64,000 bases of DNA from Eledone cirrhosa (Eukaryota). Both the position numbers and the translations under genes were made by a program. The notes under the pieces are model-generated. The model did no database searches, was not told where the DNA came from, and saw only the letters and a list, made by a program, of their open reading frames with translations. Shown one piece after another: positions 1-14,289 of the stretch. Within the stretch, counting starts at the first letter, position 1, and every line of letters starts with the position of its first letter. Location: contig OZ024752.1 in NCBI GenBank assembly GCA_964016885.1, forward strand, positions 23,250,001-23,314,000. The letters are read 5' to 3'.

Positions 1-2850
1 GCTAACGATTCCATTCTATCTGACTTTCTAGCGACTGTAACTTTATCTGACGTGCTAACGACTGCCATTCTACCTGACGTTCTAGCGACTGTCATTCTAT
101 GTGACGTTCTAACAACTGTCATTCTATCTGACGTTCTAACGATTGTCATTCTATCAGACGTTCAAGCGACTGTCATTCTATTTCACGTTATAAAGACTGT
201 CATTCTATCTGACATTCTAGCGATTGTCATTCTATCTGACATTCTAACAATTGTCATTCTATCTGACGTTCTAATGACTGTCATTCTATCTTACATTCTA
301 TCTAACGTTCTAACAACTGTCATTCTATCTGACGTTCTAACCAATGTCATTCTATCTGACGTTCTAGCGATTGTCATTTTCTCTGACGTTCTAGTGACCG
401 TCATTCTATCTGACGTTCTAACGACTGTCATTCTATATGACGTTCAAGCGACTGTCATTCTATCTGACGTTCTAACCACTGTCATTCTATCTGACATTCT
501 AGATATTGTCATTCTATCTGACGTTCTAACAACTGTCATTCCATCTGACGTTCTAATGACTGTCATTCTATATGACATTCTAGCAACTGTCATTCTATCT
601 AACGTTCTAACCACTGTCATTCTATCTGATGTTCTAGCGACTGTCATTCCATCTGACGTTCTAACGACTGTCATTCTATCTGATGTTCTAACGACTGTCA
701 TTCTATCTGACGTTCTAGAGACTGTTATTCTATCTGAATTTCTAACGACTGTCAATCTATCTGACGTTCTAACGTCTGTCATTTGATCTGATGTTCGAAC
801 GATTCTCATTCTATATGACGTTCTAGCGACTGTCATTCTATCTGACGTTCTAACGACTGTCATTCAATCTGACGTTCTAATGACTGTCATTCTATCTGAC
901 ATTCTAGCAACTGTCATTCTATCTAACGTTCTAACAACTGTCATTCTATCTGACATTCTAGCGACTGTCAATCTATCTGACGTTCTAACGACTGTCATTC
1001 TATTTGACGTTCTAACAACTGTCATTCTATCTGACGTACTAACGACTGTCATTCTATCTGATGTTCTAACGATTGTCATTCTATCTGACATTCTAGCAAC
1101 TGTCATTCTATCTAACGTTCTAACAACTGTCATTCTATCTGACGTTCTAGCGACTGTCATTCTATTTGACGTTCTAACAACTGTCATTCTATCTAACGTT
1201 CTAATGACTGTCATTATATCTGACGTTCTAGCGACTGTCATTCTATCAGACATTTTAGCGACTGTCATTCTATCTGACGTGCTAACGACTGCCATTCTAC
1301 CTGACGTTCTAGCGACTGTCATTCTATGTGACGTTCTAACAACTGTCATTCTATCTGACGTTCTAACGATTGTCATTCTATCAGACGTTCAAGCGACTGT
1401 CATTCTATTTCACGTTATAAAGACTGTCATTCTATCTGACATTCTAGCGATTGTCATTCTATCTGACATTCTAACAATTGTCATTCTATCTGACGTTCTA
1501 ATAACTGTCATTCTATCTTACATTCTATCTAACGTTCTAACAACTGTCATTCTATCTGACGTTCTAACCAATGTCATTCTATCTGACGTTCTAGCGATTG
1601 TCATTTTCTCTGACGTTCTAGTGACTGTCATTCTATCTGACGTTCTAACGACTGTCATTCTATATGACGTTCAAGCGACTGTCATTCTATCTGACGTTCT
1701 AACCACTGTCATTCTATCTGACATTCTAGATATTGTCATTCTATCTGACGTTCTAACAACTGTCATTCTATCTGACGTTCTAATCACTGTCATTCTATCT
1801 GACATTCTAGCAACTGACATTCTCTCTGAAGTTCTAGCGACTGTCATTCTATCTGATGTTCTAACGATTGTCATTCTATCTGACATTCTAGCAACTGTCA
1901 TTCTATCTAACGTTCTAACAACTGTCATTACATCTGACGTTCTAACGACTGTCATTCTATCTGACGTTCTAGAGACTGTTATTCTATCTGAATTTCTAAC
2001 GACTGTCATTCTATCTGACGTTCTAACGTCTGTCATTCTATCTGACGTTCTAGCGATTGTCATCCTATCTGACGTTCTAACGACTGTCATTCTATCTGAC
2101 GTTCTAGCGATTGTCATCCTATCTGACGTTCTAACGACTGTCATTCTATCTGACGTTCTAATGACTGTCATTCTATCTGACATTCTAGCAACTGTCATTC
2201 TATCTAACGTTCTAACAACTGTCATTCTATCTGACATTCTAGCGACTGTCATTCTATCTGACGTTCTAACGACTGTCAGTTTATCTGACGTTCTAACAAC
2301 TGTCATTCTATCTGACGTACTAACGACTGTCATTCTATCTGATGTTCTAACGATTGTCATTCTATCTGACATTCTAGCAACTGTCATTCTATCTAACGTT
2401 CTAACAACTGTCATTCTATCTGACGTTCTAGCGACTGTCATTCTATCTGACGTTCTAGCGACTGTCATTCTATCTGACGTTCTAACAACTGTCATTCTAT
2501 CTAACGTTCTAATGACTGTCATTATATCTGACGTTCTAGCGACTGTAACTTTATCTGACGTGCTAACGACTGCCATTCTACCTGACGTTCTAGCGACTGT
2601 CATTCTATGTGACGTTCTAACAACTGTCATTCTATCTGACGTTCTAACGATTGTCATTCAATCAGACGTTCAAGCGACTGTCATTCTATTTCACGTTATA
2701 AAGACTGTCATTCTATCTGACATTCTAGCGATTGTCATTCTATCTGACGTTCTAACAATTGTCATTCTATCTGACGTTCTAATGACTGTCATTCTATCTG
2801 ACATTCTATCTAACGTTCTAACAACTGTCATTCTATCTGACGTTCTAACA
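1..2850 (+). repeat. HOR domain A: about 1.2-1.3 kb unit, two full copies plus a partial third
   Basis: Marker TTTCACGTTATAAAG at 181, 1408 and 2689, and GTGCTAACGACTGCC at 52, 1279 and 2560. Spacings are 1227 (45x27+12) and 1281 (47x27+12). Confidence 0.8.
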
Positions 2851-4189
2851 CTGACATTATATCTGACGTTCTAGCGACTGTCATTCTATCTGACATTCTA
2901 ACCACTGTCATTCTATCTGACGTTCTAGCAACTGTCATCCTGCGTGACCATCTAGCGACTGTCATTCTATCTGACGTTCGAACGACTGTCATTCTATCTG
3001 ACGTTCTAACAACTGTCATTCTATCTAACGTTCTAACACTGACATTATATCTGACGTTCTAGCGACTGTCATTCTATCTGACATTCTAACCACTGTTATT
3101 CTATCTGACGTTCTAGCAACTGTCATCCTGCGTGACCATCTAGCGACTGACATTCTATCTGACGTTCTAAACACTGTCATTCTATCTGACGTTCTAGCGA
3201 CAGTTATTCTATCTGAAGTTCTAACGACTGTCATTTTATCTGACGTGCTAACGACTGCCATTCTACCTGACGTTCTAGCGACTTTCATTCTATGTGACGT
3301 TCTAACAACTGTCATTCTATCTGACGTTCTAACGATTGTCATTCTATCTGACGTTCTAACCACTGTCATTCTATCTGAGTTCTAACGACTGTCATTCTAT
3401 CTGACGTCCTAGCGACTGTCATTCTATCTGACGTTCTAACCAATGTCATTATATCTGACGTTCTAGCGATTGTCATTTTCTCTGACGTTCTAGTGACTGT
3501 CATTCTATCTGACGTTCTAACGACTGTCATTCTATCTGACGTTCAAGCTACTGTCATTCTATTTCATGTTCTAAAGACTGTCATTCTATCTGACATTCTA
3601 GCGACTGTCATTCTATCTGACGTTCTAACAACCGTCATTCTATCTGACGTTCTAATTACTGTCATTCTATATGACATTCTAGCAACTGTCATTCTATCTA
3701 ACGTTCTAACCACTGTCATTCTATCTGAAGTTCTAGCGACTGTCATTCCATCTCACGTTCTAACGACTGTCATTCTATCTGCCGTTCTAACGACTGTCAT
3801 TCTATCTTATGTTCTAACGACTGTCATTCTATCTGACTTTCTAACAACTGTCATTCTATCTGACGTTTTAACCACTGTCATTCTATCTGATGTTCTAACG
3901 ACTGTCATTCTATCTTACGTTCTAACAACTGTCATTCTATCTGACGTTCTAACGACTGTCATTCTATCTGATTTTCTAACGACTGTCATCCTATCTGACG
4001 TTATAGCGACTGTCATTCTATCTGAGGTCTAATGACTGTCATTCTATCTGACGTCCTAGCGACTGTCATTCTATCTGACGTTCTAACCACTGTCATTCTA
4101 TCTGACGCCTTAGCGACTGTCATTCTATCTGACGTTCTAACCACTGTCATTTTATCTGACGTTCTAGCGATTGTCATCCTATCTGACTT

Positions 4190-7100
4190 TCTAACGACTG
4201 TCATTCTATCTGACGTTCTAACGACTGTCATTCTATCTGACGTTCTAGCGATTGTCATCCTATCTGACGTTCTAACGACTGTCATTCTATCTGACGTTCT
4301 AACGACTGTCATTCTATCTGACGTCCTAGCGACTGTCATTCTATGTAACCTTCTAGCGACTGTCATTCTATCTGACGTTCTAACGACTGTCATTCTATCT
4401 GACGTTCTAACCAATGTCATTCTATCTGACGTTCTAGCGATTGTCATTTTCTCTGACGTTCTAGTGACTGTCATTCTATCTGACGTTCTAACGACTGTCA
4501 TTCTATCTGACGTTCAAGCGACTGTCATTCTATCTGACGTTCTAACCACTGTCATTCTATCTGACATTCTAGATATTGTCATTCTATCTGACGTTCTAAC
4601 AACTGTCATTCTACCTGACGTTCTAATGACTGTCATTCTCTCTGAAGTTCTAGCGACTGTAATTCTATCTGACGTTCTAACGACTGTCATTCTATCTGAC
4701 GTTCTAACCAGTCATTCTAGCTGACGTTCTAGCGACTGTCATTCTATCTGACGTTCTAACGACTGTCATTCTATCTGACGTTCTAGAGACTGTTATTCTA
4801 TCTGAATTTCTAACGACTGTCATTCTATCTGACGTTCTAACGTCTGTCATTTGATCTGATGTTCTAACGATTCTCATTCTATATGACGTTCTAGCGACTG
4901 TCATTCCATCTGACGTTCTTACGACTGTCACTCTATCTTAGTTCTAATGACTGTCATTCTATCTGACGTCCTAGCGACTGTCATCCTATATGATTTTCTA
5001 ACGACTGTCATTCTATCTGACGTTCTAACGACTGTCATTCTATCTGACGTTCTAGCAATTGTCATCCTATCTGACGTTCTAACGACTGTCATTCTATCTG
5101 ACGTTCTAATGACTGTCATTCTATCTGACATTCTAGCAACTGTCATTCTATCTAACGTTCTAACAACTGTCATTCTATCTGACATTCTAGCGACTGTCAT
5201 TCTATCTGACGTTCTAACGACTGTCATTCTATCTGACGTTCTAACAACTGTCATTCTATCTGACGTACTAACGACTGTCATTCTATCTGACGTTCTAACA
5301 ACTGTCATTCTATCTAACGTTCTAATGACTGTCATTCTATCTGACATTCTATCTAACGTTCAAACAACTGTCATTCTATCTGACGTTCTAGCGACTGTCA
5401 TTCTATCTGACGTTCTAGCGACTGTCATTCTATCTGACGTTCTAACAACTGTCATTCTATCTAACGTTCTAATTACTGTCATTCTATCTGACATTCTATC
5501 TAACGTTCAAACAACTGTCATTCTATCTGACGTTCTAGCGACTGTCATTCTATCTGACGTTCGAACGACTGTCATTCTATCTGACGTTCTAACAACTGTC
5601 ATTCTATCTAACGTTCTAACACTGACATTATATCTGACGTTCTAGCGACTGTCATACTATCTGACATTCTAACCACTGTCATTCTATCTGACGTTCTAGC
5701 AACTGTCATCCTGCGTGACCATCTAGCGACTGTCATTCTATCTGACGTTCTAACCACTGTCATTCTATCTGACGTTCTAGCGACAGTTATTCTATCTGAA
5801 GTTCTAACGACTGTCATTTTATCTGACGTGCTAACGATGCCATTCTATCTGACGTTCTAGCGACTGTAACTTTATCTGACGTGCTAACGACTGCCATTCT
5901 ACCTGACGTTCTAGCGACTTTCATTCTATGTGACGTTCTAACAACTGTCATTCTATCTGACGTTCTAACGGTTGTCATTCTATCTGACGTTCTAACAACC
6001 GTCATTCTATCTGACGTTCTAATGACTGTCATTCTATATGACATTCTAGCAACTGTCATTCTATCTAACGTTCTAACCACTGTCATTCTATCTGAAGTTC
6101 TAGCGACTGTCATTCCATCTGACGTTCTAACGACTGTCATTCTATCTGCCGTTCTAACGACTGTCATTCTATCTGATGTTCTAACGACTGTCATTCTATC
6201 TGACTTTCTAACAACTGTCATTCTATCTGACGTTTTAACCACTGTCATTATATCTGATGTTCTAACGACTGTCATTCTATCTTACGTTCTAACAACTGTC
6301 ATTCTATCTGACGTTCTAACGACTGTCATTCTATCTGATTTTCTAACGACTGTCATTCTATCTGACGTTCTAGCGACTGTCATTCTATCTGAGTTCTAAT
6401 GACTGTCATTCTATCTGACGTCCTAGCGACTGTCATTCTATCTGACGTTCTAACCACTGTCATTCTATTTGACGCCCTAGCGACTGTCATTCTATCTGAC
6501 GTTCTAACCACTGTCATTCTATCTGACGCCCTAGCGACTGTCATTTTATCTGACGTTCTAGCGATTGTCATCCTATCTGACATTCTAACGACTGTCATTC
6601 TATCTGACGTTCTAACGACTGTCATTCTATCTGACGTCCTAGCGACTGTCATTCTATCTAACCTTCTAGCGACTGTCATTCTATCTGACGTTCTAACGAC
6701 TGTCATTCTATCTGACGTTCTAACAACTGTCATTCTATCTGACGTTCTAATGACTGTCATTCTATCTGACATTCTAGCAACTGTCATTCTATCTAACGTT
6801 CTAACAACTGTCATTCTATCTGACGTTCTAGCGACTGTCATTCTATCTGACGTTCTAACCACTGTCATTCTACCTGACATTCTAGCAACTGTCATTCTAT
6901 CTAACGTTCTAACAACTGTCATTCTATCTGACGTTCTAGCGACTGTCATTCTATCTGACGTTCTAGCGACTGTCATTCTACCTGACGTTCTAGCGACTGT
7001 AACTTTATCTGACGTGCTAACGACTGCCATTCTACCTGACGTTCTAACAACTGTCATTCTATCTGACGTTCTAACGATTGTCATTCTATCTGACGTTCTA

Positions 7101-10100
7101 ACCACTGTCATTCTATCTGACGTTCTAGCGACTGTCATTGTATCTGACGTGCTAACGACTGTCATTTTATCTGACGTTCTAACGACTGTCATTCTATCTG
7201 ACGTTCTAACAACTGTCATTCTATCTGACGTTCTAATGACTGTCATTCTATCTGACATTCTATCTAACGTTCTAACAACTGTCATTCTATCTGACGTTCT
7301 AGCGACTGTCATTCTATCTGACATTCTAACGACTGTCATTCTATCTGACGTTCTAACAACTGTCATTCTATCTAACGTCCTAACGACTGTCATTATTTCT
7401 GACGTTCTAGCGACTGTCATTCCATCTGACGTTCTAACGACTGTCATTCTATCTGCCGTTTTAGAGACTGTCAGTCTATCTTACGTTCTAACAACTGTCA
7501 TTCTATCTGACGTTCTAACGACTGTCATTCTATCTGATGTTCTAACGACTGTCATTCTATCTGACGTTCTAGCGACTGTCATTCTATCTTAGTTCTAATG
7601 ACTGTCATTCTATCTGACGTCCTAGCGACTGTCATCCTATATGATTTTCTAACGACTGTCATTCTATCTGACGTTCTAACGACTGTCGTTCTATCTGACG
7701 TTCTAGAGATTGTCATCCTATCTGACGTTCTAACGACTGTCATTCTATCTGGCGTTCTAATGACTGTCATTCTATCTGACATTATAGCAACTGTCATTCT
7801 ATCTAACGTTCTAACCACTGTCATTCTATCTGACGTTCTAGCGATTGTCATCCTATATGATTTTCTAACGACTGTCATTCTATCTGACGTTCTAACGACT
7901 GTCGTTCTATCTGACGTTCTAGAGATTGTCATCCTATCTGACGTTCTAACGACTGTCATTCTATCTGGCGTTCTAATGACTGTCATTCTATCTGACATTA
8001 TAGCAACTGTCATTCTATCTAACATTCTAACCACTGTCATTCTATCTGACGTTCTAGCGATTGTCATCCTATCTGACTTTCTAACGACTGTCATTCTATC
8101 TGACGTTCTAACGACTGTCATTCTATCTGACGTTCTAACCAATGTCATTCTATCTGACGTTCTAACGACTGTCATTCTATCTGACGTTCTAACGACTGTC
8201 ATTCTATCTGACGTTCTAGCGATTGTCATCCTATCTGACGTTCTAACGACTGTCATTCTATCTGACGTTCTAACGACTGTCATTCTATCTGACCTCCTAG
8301 CGACTGTCATTCTATGTAACCTTCTAGCGACTGTCATTCTATCTGACGTTCTAACGACTGTCATTCTATCTGACGTTCTAACCAATGTCATTCTATCTGA
8401 CGTTCTAGCGATTGTCATTTTCTCTGACGTTCTAGTGACTGTCATTCTATCTGACGTTCTAACGACTGTCATTCTATCTGACGTTCAAGCGACTGTCATT
8501 CTATCTGACGTTCTAACCACTGTCATTCTATCTGACATTCTAGATATTGTCATTCTATCTGACGTTCTAACAACTGTCATTCTACCTGACGTTCTAATGA
8601 CTGTCATTCTCTCTGAAGTTCTAGCGACTGTAATTCTATCTGACGTTCTAACGACTGTCATTCTATCTGACGTTCTAACCAGTCATTCTAGCTGACGTTC
8701 TAGCGACTGTCATTCTATCTGACGTTCTAACAACTGTCATTCTATCTGACGTTCTAGAGACTGTTATTCTATCTGAATTTCTAACGACTGTCATTCTATC
8801 TGACGTTCTAACGTCTGTCATTTGATCTGATGTTCTAACGATTCTCATTCTATATGACGTTCTAGCGACTGTCATTCCATCTGACGTTCTTACGACTGTC
8901 ACTCTATCTTAGTTCTAATGACTGTCATTCTATCTGACGTCCTAGCGACTGTCATCCTATATGATTTTCTAACGACTGTCATTCTATCTGACCTTCTAAC
9001 GACTGTCATCCTATCTGACGTTCTAGCGATTGTCATCCTATCTGACGTTCTAACGACTGTCATTCTATCTGAGGTTCTAATGACTGTCATTCTATCTGAC
9101 ATTCTAGCAACTGTCATTCTATCTAACGTTCTAACAACTGTCATTCTATCTGACATTCTAGCGACTGTCATTCTATCTGACGTTCTAACGACTGTCATTC
9201 TATCTGACGTTCTAACAACTGTCATTCTATCTGACGTACTAACGACTGTCATTCTATCTGATGTTCTAACGATTGTCATTCTATCTGACATTCTAGCAAC
9301 TGTCATTCTATCTAACGTTCTAACAACTGTCATTCTATCTGACGTTTTAGCGACTGTCATTCTATCTGACGTTCTAGCGACTGTCATTCTATCTGACGTT
9401 CTAACAACTGTCATTCTATCTAACGTTCTAATGACTGTCATTCTATCTGACATTCTATCTAACGTTCAAACAACTGTCATTCTATCTGACGTTCTAGCGA
9501 CTGTCATTCTATCTGACGTTCGAACGACTGTCATTCTATCTGACGTTCTAACAACTGTCATTCTATCTAACGTTCTAACACTGACATTATATCTGACGTT
9601 CTAGCGACTGTCATACTATCTGACATTCTAACCACTGTCATTCTCTCTGACGTTCTAGCAACTGTCATCCTGCGTGACCATCTAGCGACTGTCATTCTAT
9701 CTGACGTTCTAACCACTGTCATTCTATCTGACGTTCTAGCGACAGTTATTCTATCTGAAGTTCTAACGACTGTCATTTTATCTGACGTGCTAACGATGCC
9801 ATTCTATCTGACGTTCTAGCGACTGTAACTTTATCTGACGTGCTAACGACTGCCATTCTACCTGACGTTCTAGCGACTTTCATTCTATGTGACGTTCTAA
9901 CAACTGTCATTCTATCTGACGTTCTAACGGTTGTCATTCTATCTGACGTTCTAACAACCGTCATTCTATCTGACGTTCTAATGACTGTCATTCTATATGA
10001 CATTCTAGCAACTGTCATTCTATCTAACGTTCTAACCACTGTCATTCTATCTGAAGTTCTAGCGACTGTCATTCCATCTGACGTTCTAACGACTGTCATT

Positions 10101-11900
10101 CTATCTGCCGTTCTAACGACTGTCATTCTATCTGATGTTCTAACGACTGTCATTCTATCTGACTTTCTAACAACTGTCATTCTATCTGACGTTTTAACCA
10201 CTGTCATTCTATCTGATGTTCTAACGACTGTCATTCTATCTTACGTTCTAACAACTGTCATTCTTTCTGACGTTCTAACGACTGTCATTCTATCTGATTT
10301 TCTAACGACTGTCATTCTATCTGACGTTCTAGCGACTGTCATTCTATCTGAGTTCTAATGACTGTCATTCTATCTGACGTCCTAGCGACTGTCATTCTAT
10401 CTGACGTTCTAACCACTGTCATTCTATCTGACGCCCTAGCGACTGTCATTCTATCTGACGTTCTAACCACTGTCATTCTATCTGACGCCCTAGCGACTGT
10501 CATTTTATCTGACGTTCTAGCGATTGTCATCCTATCTGACATTCTAACGACTGTCATTCTATCTGACGTTCTAACGACTGTCATTCTATCTGACGTCCTA
10601 GCGACTGTCATGCTATCTAACCTTCTAGCGACTGTCATTCTATCTGACGTTCTAACGACTGTCATTCTATCTGACGTTCTAACAACTGTCATTCTATCTG
10701 ACGTTCTAATGACTGTCATTCTATCTGACATTCTAGCAACTGTCATTCTATCTAACGTTCTAACAACTGTCATTCTATCTGACGTTCTAGCGACTGTCAT
10801 TCTATCTGACGTTCTAACCACTGTCATTCTACCTGACATTCTAGCAACTGTCATTCTATCTAACGTTCTAACAACTGTCATTCTATCTGACGTTCTAGCG
10901 ACTGTCATTCTATCTGACATTCTAACGACTGTCATTCTATCTGATGTTCTAGCGACTGTCATTCTACCTGACGTTCTAGCGACTGTAACTTTATCTGACG
11001 TGCTAACGACTGCCATTCTACCTGACGTTCTAACAACTGTCATTCTATCTGACGTTCTAACGATTGTCATTCTATCTGACGTTCTAACCACTGTCATTCT
11101 ATCTGACGTTCTAGCGACTGTCATTGTATCTGACGTGCTAACGACTGTCATTTTATCTGACGTTCTAACGACTGTCATTCTATCTGACGTTCTAACAACT
11201 GTCATTCTATCTGACGTTCTAATGACTGTCATTCTATCTGACATTCTATCTAACGTTCTAACAACTGTCATTCTATCTGACGTTCTAGCGACTGTCATTC
11301 TATCTGACATTCTAACGAGTGTCATTCTATCTGACGTTCTAACAACTGTCATTCTATCTAACGTCCTAACGACTGTCATTATTTCTGACGTTCTAGCGAC
11401 TGTCATTCCATCTGACGTTCTAACGACTGTCATTCTATCTGCCGTTTTAGAGACTGTCAGTCTATCTTACGTTCTAACAACTGTCATTCTATCTGACGTT
11501 CTAACGACTGTCATTCTATCTGATGTTCTAACGACTGTCATTCTATCTGACGTTCTAGCGACTGTCATTCTATCTTAGTTCTAATGACTGTCATTCTATC
11601 TGACGTCCTAGCGACTGTCATCCTATATGATTTTCTAACGACTGTCATTCTATCTGACGTTCTAACGACTGTCGTTCTATCTGACGTTCTAGAGATTGTC
11701 ATCCTATCTGACGTTCTAACGACTGTCATTCTATCTGGCGTTCTAATGACTGTCATTCTATCTGACATTATAGCAACTGTCATTCTATCTAACGTTCTAA
11801 CCACTGTCATTCTATCTGACGTTCTAGCGATTGTCATCCTATCTGACTTTCTAACGACTGTCATTCTATCTGACGTTCTAACGACTGTCATTCTGTCTGA
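4190..11900 (+). repeat. HOR domain B: about 3.96-3.99 kb tandem duplication
   Basis: Private variants recur: CTATGTAACC at 4341/8312, the 25-bp monomer CTAACCAGTCATTCTAGCTG at about 4704/8675 (offset 3971), ORF pairs 5608/9567 and 6399/10358 (offset 3959), and TTAGAGACTGTCAGTC at 7461/11447 (offset 3986). Boundaries are approximate. Confidence 0.9.
7630..8060 (+). repeat. Local 216-bp (8-monomer) tandem duplication inside domain B copy 1
   Basis: The block ATGATTTT...GTCGTT...AGAGATTG...TGGCGTT...ATTATAGCA occurs at 7641 and again at 7857, but only once in the sister copy near 11630. Confidence 0.85.
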
Positions 11901-13900
11901 CGTTCTAGCGATTGTCATCCTATCTGTCGTTCTAACGACTGTCATTCTATCTGACGTTCTAATGACTGTCATTCTATCTGACATTCTAGCAACTGTCATT
12001 CTATCTAACCTTCTAACAACTGTCATTCTATCTGACATTCTAGCGACTGTCATTCTATCTGACGTTCTAACGACTGTCATTCTATCTGACGTTCTAACAA
12101 CTGTCATTCTATCTGACGTTCTAACGACTGTCATTCTATCTGACGTTCTAGCGACTGTCATTCTATCTGACGTTCTAGCGTCTGTCATTCTATCTGACGT
12201 TCTAACAACTGTCATTCTATCTAACGTTCTAACGACTGTCATTATATCTGACGTTCTAGCGACTGTCATTCTATCTGACGTTCTAACGACTGTCATTCTA
12301 TCTGCCGTTTTAGAGACTGTCATTCTATCTTACGTTCTAACAACTGTCATTCTATCTGATGTTCTAACGACTGTCATTCTATCTGACGTTCTAGCGACTG
12401 TCATTCTATCTTAGTTCTAATGACTGTCATTCTATCTGACGTCCTAGCGACTGTCATCCTATCTGACTTTCTAACAACTGTCATTCTATCTGACATTCTA
12501 GCAACTGTCATTCTATCTAACGTTCTAACAACTGTCATTCTATCTGACGTTCTAGCGACTGTCATTCTATCTGACATTCTAACGACTGTCATTCTATCTG
12601 ACGTTCTAGCGACTGTCATTCTACCTGACGTTCTAGCGACTGTAACTTTATCTGACGTGCTAACGACTGCCATTCTACCTGACGTTCTAACAACTGTCAT
12701 TCTATCTGACGTTCTAACGATTGTCATTCTATCTGACGTTCTAACCACTGTCATTCTATCTGACGTTCTAGCGACTGTCATTCTATCTGACGTGCTAACG
12801 ACTGTCATTTTATCTGACGTTCTAACGACTGTCATTCTATCTGACGTTCTAACAACTGTCATTCTATCTTACGTTCTAATGACTGTCATTCTATCTGACT
12901 TTCTAACAACTGTAATTCTATCTGACGTTCTAGCGACTGTCATTCTATCTGACATTCTAACGACTGTCATTCTATCTGACGTTCTAACAACTGTCATTCT
13001 ATCTAACGTCCTAACGACTGTCATTATTTCTGACGTTCTAGCGACTGTCATTCCATCTGTCGTTCTAACGACTGTCATTCTATCTGCCGTTTTAGAGACT
13101 GTCAGTCTATCTTACGTTCTAACAACTGTCATTCTATCTGACGTTCTAACGACTGTCATTCTATCTGATGTTCTAACGACTGTCATTCTATCTGACGTTC
13201 TAGCGACTGTCATTCTATCTTAGTTCTAATGACTGTCATTCTATCTGATGTCCTAGCGACTGTCATCCTATATGATTTTCTAACGACTGTCATTCTATCT
13301 GACGTTCTAACGACTGTCGTTCTATCTGACGTTCTAGCGATTGTCATCCTATCTGACGTTCTAACGACTGTCATTCTATCTGGCGTTCTAATGACTGTCA
13401 TTCTATCTGACATTATAGCAACTGTCATTCTATCTAACGTTCTAACCACTGTCATTCTATCTGACGTTCTACCGATTGTCATCCTATCTGACTTTCTAAC
13501 GACTGTCATTCTATCTGACGTTCTAACGACTGTCATTCTGTCTGACGTTCTAGCGATTGTCATCCTATCTGACGTTCTAACGACTGTCATCCTATCTGAC
13601 GTTCTAATGACTGTCATTCTATCTGACATTCTAGCAACTGTCATTCTATCTAACGTTCTAACAACTGTCATTCTATCTGACATTCTAGCGACTGTCATTC
13701 TATCTGACGTTCTAACGACTGTCATTCTATCTGACGTACTAACAACTGTCATTCTATCTGACGTTCTAACGACTGTCATTCTATCTGACGTTCTAGCGTC
13801 TGTCATTCTATCTGACGTTCTAACAACTGTCATTCTATCTAACGTTCTAACGACTATCATTATATCTGACGTTCTAGCGACTGTCATTCTATCTGACGTT
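10830..13900 (+). repeat. About 1.65 kb duplication of the end of domain B
   Basis: TTAGAGACTGTCAGTC at 11447/13092 and ORF starts 11584/13229, both offset 1645. Confidence 0.8.
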
Positions 13901-14289
13901 CTAACGACTGTCATTCTATCTGACGTTCTAACAACTGTCATTCTATCTAACGTTCTAACGACTGTCATTATATCTGACGTTCTAGCGACTGTCATTCTAT
14001 CTGACATTCTAACCACTGTCATTCTATCTGACGTTCTAGCAACTGTCATCCTACATGACCCTCTAGCGACTGTCATTCTATCTGACGTTCTAACCACTGT
14101 CATTCTATCTGACGTTCTAGCGACAGTCATTCTATCTGAAGTTCTAACGACTGTCATTTTATCTGATGTGCTAACGATGCCATTCTATCTGACGTTCTAG
14201 CGACTGTAATTGTATCTGACGTGCTAACGACTGCCATTATACCTGACGTTCTAGCGACTTTCATTCTATGTGACGTTCTAACAACTGTC

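Noticed and set aside
880-2874. Long + strand ORFs encoding (VILSDVLTT)n, up to 664 aa, as a repeat or surface protein
   Set aside because: None of the nine consensus codons (ACT GTC ATT CTA TCT GAC GTT CTA ACG) is one substitution from a stop, so the frame stays open without selection. The ORFs are mostly cut by amplified frameshifting monomers, have no unique N- or C-terminal domain, and many common variants are non-synonymous.
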